From assembly GCF_002113885.1 (NCBI RefSeq), contig NW_018406089.1:198351-262350 (forward strand): DNA of 64,000 nt, in the 5' to 3' direction. Of the stretch, positions 54,403 to 64,000 are shown one piece after another. The number at the start of each line of letters is the position of its first letter. Position 1 is the stretch's first letter. The translations under genes were made by a program, and so were the position numbers. A model generated the notes under the pieces. That model made no database searches and was not told where the DNA came from. It saw only the letters and a program-made list of their open reading frames with translations. This DNA comes from Mizuhopecten yessoensis (lineage: Eukaryota).

Positions 54403-57400
54403 TCAGTGTGATTTATTGACCCATCCTGAATCTGTCACTGGGCTAGTAGGTCTGTGAGGAAAAAGCAGAAGCAGCAAAGCTATGAGTCCCCCGGTTATAT
54501 AAATAGTAATCACAGTTGTTTCTCTGGGAAGGTAGCACTGCTCCACAGCAAACTCATCTGGGGACAGCACCACCTGCAAGTGTACAACGTATATGGATAA
54601 ACAAACTGTTTTCATAAGAATAAGATACTCGGCCTAACTTATTTCTAAAGCATCCAGTGAGTCAGTGATTTACACTCCAGTATATATATCTGGGTGGCCT
54701 TTCACCAAGGCAGACAGGGTTTGTTTCCCTGATTGGATGTGACAAGGTATGGGGTCACCTACCCGACCACGGGGGGTTTTCTCCAGGTAATCTGGTTTCC
54801 TCCCACACTTAGATCCCCCGCGCTTACATCCAAGCCAATAGGAGTGGTTAATATAAGTTGAAATAAGTTGTTTCATAATTGGAGTAAAAATAAATAAATT
54901 TATATTTATATATATTTAAGTATTTCTCATAAATTTAGAAAAATCGTTTGATACGTAAGTGTTATATTAGCTGTTTTAGGTAGCAATACAGTACAAGGAA
55001 CATCCGAACATCAGAATTAATGCTGATCACCAATGTTAGGATTATAATATCACATTTACACTAACTCTATGACCAACTGTCAGAGTAATTGTCTTATATA
55101 TGTAAACAGGATCTGTGATGTTCACAAATTGGGAACTGTAATAAAAAATAGAAAAAAGAAATAAGACCTGCAAGCATTTGAGCCTTGAAAGAAGTCATCA
55201 TAGAAACTGGAATAGCACAATATGCAGTGGATTAAGGTTTCTTTGGTAACTAACCTGTAAAAATGTAGGATTGTTTTTGTTGCGCCAACTAAAGGAGGCA
55301 ACTGTCCACTCTGGAACAGCGTTGTCATGGAGATGATAGCATCCATGGTGTGTGTGAGCACTTAAGATAAGGCGAGGTCTGATCCAATCAAAAACCTTTG
55401 TTAAACAGAAAGATTATTATTATTATAAACATTCATTGTAGTAATCTGATATTCACCAAGTTTGATAATTAAATTCTGGCAGTTGAAAAAACCCATAATA
55501 GAGGTTTATATTTTTTTCAATGCCTTTGCTAGGGTTCAAATTTGGGACCTCTGGTATGCTCAACTCATTAAAATCAGAAAAACTTAAGTGACATTTGTTT
55601 TAAAATGTGACAATTGTATTTTGAAGTAAAAGAAAAGATGATTTAAGTAATGTGTGGCTAGAAAAATATCTGTGATATTAATATACAGTATTATGACAAC
55701 TGCTTAATTCAAACCAAATATACATACTGTAAATATAACAGTGCATCAGGCTTTATAACACTGAGGACAGTATATCAAATACCTGATGGCTAGATTCTTC
55801 AGACAGGCAGTCCCATTTCTCCTTGAAAGGAATATCCTTTTCATCAGGGGGTGCAGAATCTGGTAAACTACAGTTTGCATCTGAAGGCCGGTACATAGGA
55901 AAATGCTAAAAAAGAAACAAAATTAAAAATAAACACTTCTCTATTATTATAGATTTTAGCAGAAATTCCTAAGAAATTCAATGTTTACAAATCATTTCAT
56001 TTTCAAAGTATAATTTTTAACTATTTAAGGTAATATGCTACCTTGAACATTTTAACTGATTTGTTAAAGGTTTTTCTCTCTTAAAACTACTTAATTGACA
56101 TTAGTTACACATACTTATAACTAACAAATACTTAGACACTGTAAAGAATGCTATCTGTCACATTCCTATTTACTTTTCATATGAGTCATTAGTTTTGAAA
56201 TTTATAATAATTTACAATTTTTATCTCGTGTGGAGCGGCTTGGCCGAGAACATGCATGTCAAAGTAAATAAACAGGTTAACATACATGAGGACAGGGACA
56301 GTCCTGTGTCCAATTCACACTTGTAATAACTAATATCACAAATGTTTTTTTACTTACCTGTAGTAATATTGGTGGAGAGTACGATAGTTTATCCATGGCA
56401 TCACATATGGGTGGTGAGCTTTTTTGGGAAGTTTGTCCCTAGGAAAGAGAAGAAGCTATCAATATCAGTATCTACCTGTGGTATATGTTTTGGGAAGTTT
56501 GTCCCTAGGAGAGAGAAGAAGCTATCAATATCAGTATCTATCTGTGGTATATGTTTTGGGAAGTTTGTCCCTAGGAGAGAGAAAAAGCTATCAATATCAG
56601 TATCTACATGTGGTATATGTTTTGGGAAGTTTGTCCCTAGGAGAGAGAAGCTATCAATATCAGTATCTACCTGTGGTACATGTTTTGGGAAGTTTGTCCC
56701 TAGGAGAGAGAAAAAGCTATCAACATCAGTATCTACATGTGGTATATGTTTTGGGAAGTTTGTCCCTAGAAGAGAGATGAAGCTATCAATATCAGTATGT
56801 ACCTGTGGTATGTGTTTTGGGAAGTTTGTCCCTAGGAGAGAGAAAAAGCTATCAACATCAGTATCTACATGTGGTATATGTTTTGGGAAGTTTGTCCCTA
56901 GAAGAGAGATGAAGCTATCAATATCAGTATGTACCTGTGGTATGTGTTTTGGGAAGTTTGTCCCTAGGAGAGAGAAGCTATCAATATCAGTATCTACCTG
57001 TGGTGTATGTTTTGGGAAGTTTGTCCCTAGGAGAGAGAAAAAGCTATCAACATCAGTATCTACATGTGGTATATGTTTTGGGAAGTTTGTCCCTAGAAGA
57101 GAGATGAAGCTATCAATATCAGTATGTACCTGTGGTATGTGTTTTGGGAAGTTTGTCCCTAGGAGAGAGAAGCTATCAATATCAGTATCTACCTGTGGTA
57201 CATGTTTTGGGAAGTTTGTCCCTAGGAAAGAGAAGAAGCTATCAATATCAGTATCTACCTGTGGTATGTTTAGGGAAGTTTGTCTCTAGGAGAGAGATGA
57301 AGCTATCAATATCAGTATGTACCTGTGGTATATGTTTTGGGAAGTTTGTCTCTAGTAGAGAGAAGAACCTATCAATATCAGTATCTACCTGTGGTATATT

Positions 57401-60400
57401 TTTTGGGAAGTTTGTCTCTAGTAGAGAGAAGAACCTATCAATATCAGTATCTACCTGTGGTATATTTTTTGGGAAGTTTGTCTCTAGTAGAGAGAAGAAC
57501 CTATCAATATCAGTATCTACCTGTGGTATATTTTTTGGGAAGTTTGTCTCTAGTAGAGAGAAGAAGCTATCAATATCAGTATCTACCTGTGGTGTATGTT
57601 TTGGGAAGTTTGTCCCTAGGAGAGAGAAAAAGCTATCAATATCAGTATCTACATGTGGAATATGTTTTGGGAAGTTTGTCCCTAGGAGAGAGAAAAAGCT
57701 ATCAACATCAGTATCTACATGTGGTATATGTTTTGGGAAGTTTGTCCCTAGAAGAGAGATGAAGCTATCAATATCAGTATGTACCTGTGGTATGTGTTTT
57801 GGGAAGTTTGTCCCTAGGAGAGAGATGAAGCTATCAATATCAGTATGTACCTGTGGTATGTGTTTTGGGAAGTTTGTCCCTAGGAGAGAGAAGCTATCAA
57901 TATCAGTATCTACATGTGGTATATGTTTTGGGAAGTTTGTCCCTAGAAGAGAGATGAAGCTATCAATATCAGTATGTACCTGTGGTATGTGTTTTGGGAA
58001 GTTTGTCCCTAGGAGAGAGAAAAAGCTATCAACATCAGTATCTACATGTGGTATATGTTTTGGGAAGTTTGTCCCTAGAAGAGAGATGAAGCTATCAATA
58101 TCAGTATGTACCTGTGGTATGTGTTTTGGGAAGTTTGTCCCTAGGAGAGAGAAAAAGCTATCAACATCAGTATCTACATGTGGTATATGTTTTGGGAAGT
58201 TTGTCCCTAGAAGAGAGATGAAGCTATCAATATCAGTATGTACCTGTGGTATATGTTTTGGGAAGTTTGTCTCTAGTAGAGAGAAGAACCTATCAATATC
58301 AGTATCTACCTGTGGTATATTTTGTGGAAAGTTTGTCTCTAGTAGAGAGAAGAAGCTATCAATATCAGTATCTACCTGTGGTACATGTTTTGGGAAGTTT
58401 GTCCCTAGGAGAGAGAAGCTATCAATATCAGTATCTACCTGTGGTATATTTTGTGGAAAGTTTGTCTCTAGTAGAGAGAAGAAGCTATCAATATCAGTAT
58501 CTGCCTGTGGTATATGTTTTGGGAAGTTTGTCCCTAGAAGAGAGATGAAGCTATCAATATCAGTATGTACCTGTGGTATGTGTTTTGGGAAGTTTGTCCC
58601 TAGGAGAGAGATGAAGCTATCAATATCAGTATCTACCTGTGGTATATTTTTTGGGAAGTTTGTCTCTAGGAGAGAGAAGAAGCTATCAATGTCAGTATCT
58701 ACCTGTGGTATATGTTTTGGGAAGTTTGTCTCTAGTAGAGAGAAGAAGCTATCAATATCAGTATCTACCTGTGGTATATGTTTTGGGAAGTTTGTCCCTA
58801 GGAGAGAGAAGAAGCTATCAATATCAGTATCTACCTGTGGTATATGTTTTGGGAAGTTTGTCCCTAGGAGAGAGAAGAAGCTATCAATATCAGTATCTAC
58901 CTGTGGTATATGTTTTGGGAAGTTTGTCCCTAGGAGAGAGAAGAAGCTATCAATATCAGTATCTACCTGTGGTATATGTTTTGGGAAGTTTGTCCCTAGG
59001 AGAGAGAAGAAGCTATCAATATCAGTATCTACCTGTGGTATATGTTTTGGGAAGTTTGTCCCTAGGAGAGAGAAGAAGCTATCAATATCAGTATCTACCT
59101 GTGGTATATGTTTTGGGAAGTTTGTCCCTAGGAGAGAGAAGAAGCTATCAATATCAGTATCTACCTGTGGTATATGTTTTGGGAAGTTTGTCCCTAGGAG
59201 AGAGAAGAAGCTATCAATATCAGTATCTACCTGTGGTATATGTTTTGGGAAGTTTGTCCCTAGGAGAGAGAAGAAGCTATCAATATCAGTATCTACCTGT
59301 GGTATATGTTTTGGGAAGTTTGTCCCTAGGAGAGAGAAGAAGCTATCAATATCAGTATCTACCTGTGGTATATGTTTTGGGAAGTTTGTCCCTAGGAGAG
59401 AGAAGAAGCTATCAATATCAGTATCTACCTGTGGTATATGTTTTGGGAAGTTTGTCCCTAGGAGAGAGAAGCTATCAATATCAGTATCTACCTGTGGTAT
59501 ATGTTTCGGGAAGTTTGTCCCTAGGAGAGAGAAGAAGCAATCAATATCAGTATCTACATGTGGTACATGTTTTGGGAAGTTTGTCCCTAGGAGAGAGAAG
59601 AAGCTATCAATATCAGTATCTACCTGTGGTATATGTTTTGGGAAGTTTGTCCCTAGGAGAGAGAAGAAGCTATTAATATCAGTTTTTATATGTGGTACAT
59701 GTTTTGGGAAGTTCGTCCCTAGGAGAGAGAAGAAGCTATCAATATCAGTATCTACCTGTGGTGTATGTTTTGGGAAGTTTATCCCTAGGAGAGAGACGTC
59801 TACAACTCACTGATATTTATTTCACAAGTGTTACAACATCACCAGTGTCAAAGTTATGGCCGGGGAATCAAGTCACTAGGGGTGGGGCCAGAACCCAGAG
59901 TCAATTCTAATATCATGACTCTGTTTATCTCTTTATGCCCATCAATTATATATATGGTTATAGGGTGGGGATTTTCACAGTTTCAAAGTTATGACCTAGG
60001 GACCAAGTCTTCAAGGGGAGGGGGCCCAGACCGGGGAGCCATCCTGTAGTAATGTGTATTAATTGTCTCTTTATGCTCAAGCATTGTATATAAGATTGCC
60101 AGGTGGGGATCTCGATAATGTCAAAGCTAGAAATTCCTTTTGAAATAACCCACTCCTGCCACTCAGACTGAGGGGTCAACCCGTCACTGGTTAAAATTAC
60201 ATGAAGGAATCCCCACCAAACTAAGAATGCTCCCAACAAAATATATGTTGATACCCATCATTTCGTTCTAGAGAAGAAATTGATTAAAACAATATTGCCA
60301 AATTACCCTTTTTTGGCCCCACTCCTCAGCCCCACAGGGGACAGCCCTTCAATTTGTACAATTCTGAATCCACACTATCTGAGATTGCTTCCAACCAAAT

Positions 60401-63400
60401 TCCAGAGAAGAAGTTGCTGTAAAGCAATATGGCCAATTGTTCAAATAAAGGGACTGGGCTTAGGGCTGGCAGGGAGAGAAAGGGTAATTTATATGTGGGT
60501 ATTATTTATTCACCTCTAACCAATCAAGCAGTGGGTTATATGTGGGTAGTATTTATTCACCTCTAACCAATCAAGCAGTGGGTTATATGCGGGTATTATT
60601 TATTCACCGCTTACCAATAAAGCAGTGGGTTATATGTGGGTAGTATTTATTCACCTCTAAACAATTAAGCAGTGGGTTATATGCGGGTATTATTTATTCA
60701 CCGCTTACCAATAAAGCAGTGGGTTATATGTGGGTATTATTTATTCACCGCTTACCAATTAAGCAGTGGGTCATATGTGGGTATTATTTATTCACCTCTA
60801 AACAATTAAGCAGTGACTTATATGTGGGTATTATTTATTCACCACTTACCAATAAAGCAGTGGGTTATATGTGGGTAGTATTTATTCACCTCTAACCAAT
60901 TAAGCAGTGGGTTATATGTGGGTAGTATTTATTCATCTTTACACAATTGAGCAGTGGGTTATATGTAGGTTTTATTTATTCACCTCTACACAATTAAGCA
61001 GTGGGTTATAGGTGGATTTTATTTATTCACCTCTAAACAATTAAGCAGTGGGTTATATGTGGGTAGTATTCATTCACCACTTACCAATAAAGCAGTGGGT
61101 CATATGTGAATTTTATTTATTCACCTCTAAACAATTAAGCAGTGGGTTATATGTGGGTAGTATTTAATCACCACTTACCAATAAAGCAGTGGGTTATATG
61201 TGGGTAGTATTTGTTCACCTCTAACCAATTAAGCAGTGGGTTATATGCGGGTACTATTTATTCATCTTTACACAATTAAGCAGTGGGTTATATGCGGTTA
61301 TTATTTATTCAACTCTAACTAATCAAGCAGTGGGTTTTAGGTGGGTATTATTTATTCACCGCTTAACAATTAAGCAGTGGGTTATATGTGGGTAGTATTT
61401 ATTCACCTCTAACCAATGAAGCAGTGGGTTATATGTGGGTATCACTTATTCACCTCTACACAATTAAGCAGTGGGTTATATGTGGGTATCACTTATTCAC
61501 CTCTACACAATTAAGCAGTGGGTTATATGTGGGTATTACTTCTTCACCTGTAACTAATTAAGCAGTGGGTTATATGTTGGTATTACCTTTTTTTTTTATA
61601 TATATTTGTTTTATTTTCAAAAGAATTTTTTCAATACAGTGACAATAATAATGGATCAGTAATTCATTCAGATCATATAATAACCTATTTGTCACCAATC
61701 ATCTTTCATATCACCATTCATACCATACAGATCATGCCAAAAGAAATTTGTATCACTAAAGACTGCATATGGATAGGTATTATTTCATTTAATATCACAC
61801 TGTATTGCTATAAGGAAAAAGGAAGGATAAAAGGAAAGAAAGAGAAGCTGGTAAGAAACAAAAAAGAGAAAGAAGAAAAGATAAAGACAGATATCAGAAC
61901 AAGCATGTCATGGAAGGAAGTCAAACCAGAGCTAGATACTAATTAAAGTTAAGTACAGTATGTAACAGAATTGTTACTGAATAATTAAGATATCAGCCTA
62001 AATCATGTCAGGTTTTAGGCAAAATCCACTAATTTCATCCATTTCTTCCATTCATTTAAAACAAAAGGAGACAAGGATCACTTTTACTATATGAAATACA
62101 TTTTTGAACCACATGGTTTTCTTTTATTACATTAGCTAGAGCCATAACAGAGAGAGTACCATGTATAGTTCTGGTTCTGTAGATATAAGATTTGATTAGA
62201 AGAAGAACTTCATTATCAATGCGATTGTAAATGCCTGTGTTATTTACCAAACCAAATAACAATGTTTCTTTATTAATATGTAATGTAATTGTTAGTGCAT
62301 TTAACAACCTTTCAAAACTTGCCAGAAAATCCTGAACCTCACCACATTCCCATAACATATGCACTATTGTCTCCCTTCCTCTATTACAGAAATTACAATT
62401 AGGATTGTTTGATAAGCCTATTGTGGGTATTACCTTTTCACCTCTAACCAATTAAGCAGTGGGTTATATGCGGGTTATATGTGCGTGTTATTCACCTCTG
62501 CACACTTGAGCTGCCATGAGATTTCTTCCAATGAGGTGACTGCCTTGGCACACAACTTACATCCATCCCCCTCCATCGCCATGCTATTCATCAACACAAA
62601 CAGGTTTCCATTGAACTCAAACAGCTGGACGAGAGGCGAGGAAAACGCTTTCTCAAAACGTCTATGTTTATGTTCATCCATCCTGTAAAAAGAAAAAAGT
62701 TGCACCAATACCATCCTTACCTTAATTTAATTATGTCTGACAGACCAATGTTGTACTAAAATAAATGTTCCCCTCTGTCATCATTCTAATGAAAACTTAA
62801 ATTATTTCTTAACCCTATATTTGCAGACAAAGAGGTGTAGTATTAATGTGTATATGATGTGGTTCAAATGTTGTCAGGATTGTATTTTGCACTGCTGAAA
62901 ATCAGTTACTTCTGCAGAGGAGAAATTAGGAGTTCTATGTCCCAAGATGAAACTGGTTTTGAGACAGTGCACCTTTAACCTACTAGAAACTCTGTGAAAA
63001 TTCATAATTCTCAACAGGGACTCAATAAAACATTCTGTTTTGTTAAACTGCAAAAATCTCAACAATGAAATGACTATCATTGTCAAAATGCAGGTCAAAA
63101 TCAGTAGTACTGCATTTAAACAATTAAACTATTTGCCTTTTAATAATTACTAGTACATTGCATTAACATGTCTTAAAAGTATTAACCATAAAGAAAACAG
63201 TGATACAAATTATACTAGTTAAAATCTTGCGTATGATACTGGTATTTATCTGACTTTGACAGACTTTGGCATGATGATAATTTGTATGCTGGCATTTTAA
63301 AAACTGTTTATTTTGGGAAAAAATCTGTGACAATGCCGATTCTACACTAAATATGTCTGTAACGGAACCCGAGACTAAACAATTTCCGTAGTAGATCAGA

Positions 63401-63722
63401 AACAGTCTGAGATTAAGTATCACATGCGTACGTAACCTCCTCCACATGAAAGCCATTCTGGTCTCAGTGGAGTATAACATATAGATAGACAGATAGAACA
63501 ATGTCTGTAGCAGAATAGGAGAGACTTAAAGACAACTCCTGAGAACAAAACATGCCAGTGCCTTTCGTTGTTGTACTTACATATAGTGAAATCCAATGTC
63601 ATGATTGCCTACCAGAACTTTGGTAGCTGTACCTTTTGGTGTTGCAAACATTTTTTGGAATCTGGCAACATCCTTTTTGAACTCTGCATCATTGGCCCAC
63701 TTGCCCTCATCTAGCAAATCAC
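54403..63722 (-). CDS. MPPE1: Metallophosphoesterase 1 (PGAP5), 3' six coding exons; 5' part lies right of the window
   Basis: Exons 63581-63722, 62496-62682, 56358-56438, 55783-55905, 55255-55395, 54403-54573, phase-consistent. Motifs GDLLDEG, GNHDIGFHY, NSMAMEGDGC, PILLQHFPMYRPSDANC, PRLILSAHTH, SFSWRNKNNP, CYLPRE plus a C-terminal TM. The next donor (GTAAGT) is at 63995-64000. Confidence 0.96.
54690..54900 (+). mobile_element. V-SINE-like element, same family as 527-763
   Basis: Shares GCCTTTCACCAAGG, AAGGTATGGGGTCA, TTTCCTCCCACA and the AAAT tail. Confidence 0.72.
56422..59796. repeat. 66-bp (63-bp variant) minisatellite, about 51 copies, each containing the MPPE1 3' splice site
   Basis: Minus-strand unit: gtagatactgatattgatagcttcttctctctcctag|GGACAAACTTCCCAAAACATATACCACAG. 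The terminal unit runs directly into the real exon 56358-56438. Confidence 0.95.
59835..60435 (+). mobile_element. Internal fragment of the 50008-52340 HINE family
   Basis: Shares both core unit types; no termini seen. Confidence 0.6.
60490..62498. repeat. 47-bp minisatellite (about 23 copies at 60490-61587 plus 1-2 at 62422-62498) containing the MPPE1 5' splice site; split by a LINE
   Basis: Minus-strand unit AGAG|GTGAATAAATAATACCCACATATAACCCACTGCTTAATTGGTT; the real donor is GCAGAG|GTGAATAAC at 62495. Confidence 0.92.
61592..62421 (-). mobile_element. 5'-truncated L1/Tx1-like LINE (ORF2 C-terminal CCHC region, 3' UTR, polyA)
   Basis: CNFCNRGRETIVHMLWEC zinc knuckle and a frameshifted EWKKW end, T-run at 61588-61597, ~17-bp TSD TGTkGGTATTACCTTTT (61575-61591 / 62422-62438). 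Confidence 0.85.
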
Positions 63723-64000
63723 CTGTGTGTGGAATGCTTGTGTTGTTTAGTTTTAAGATATTAGCTCAGAATGGTAGCACAAGAGTTCCGTACATATATA
63801 AAATTTTAAGAAGATTTCTTTTACAATTGTACCTTACACAACTAGTGATTTACTGTGGTTAATTTATATTTTAAGTGTATTTTTAGAAAGGAATAATAAA
63901 ATATCTCTTTGACTCAATTACAAATAAACTAGAAAAATGTATCTATAATTTCATCTCAGCATATAAACCATTTCTTTTCATGTTTGTGCTTCAGACTTAC

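Noticed and set aside
56342-59910. Long + strand ORFs (893, 345 and 315 aa) with repeated CxxC
   Set aside because: They are stop-free frames of a 66/63-bp minisatellite, antisense within an MPPE1 intron, with no unique coding sequence and a frame break near 57265.
56422-61587. CRISPR-like appearance of the arrays
   Set aside because: Head-to-tail units without unique spacers, eukaryotic intron context, no cas genes.

Overview
AT-rich, intron-containing animal DNA. Its repeat content (HINE/Helentron-type core-repeat elements, V-type SINEs) suggests a bivalve mollusc; this is inference. I reconstructed six host genes by hand from splice sites and reading-frame phase: the 5' coding exon of a KCTD1/15-like BTB gene (-), SNRPB (-), a small transmembrane Sel1-repeat gene (+), dynein light chain roadblock (-) with two alternative last exons, a roughly 640-aa orphan ending in a CaaX box (+), and the 3' part of MPPE1/PGAP5 (-). 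Mobile DNA includes a complete but disabled 5.5-kb Sola1-type transposon (31-bp TIRs, GTAT TSD) carrying an extra PHD-finger ORF, a hAT derivative, MITEs, HINEs, SINEs, LINE fragments and a tRNA-containing solo-LTR candidate. The most unusual signals are: (1) one MPPE1 intron whose 5' and 3' splice sites have each been amplified into their own minisatellite (about 25 and about 51 copies); (2) three 29-32 bp palindromes with 7-bp TSDs that look like P-element-type excision footprints; (3) a PHD ORF joined to the transposase region by a TAATG stop/start overlap; (4) duplicated roadblock terminal exons. Assembly gaps lie at 18849-19377, 25262-25468 and 38249. All coordinates and family calls were made by eye, without database searches.
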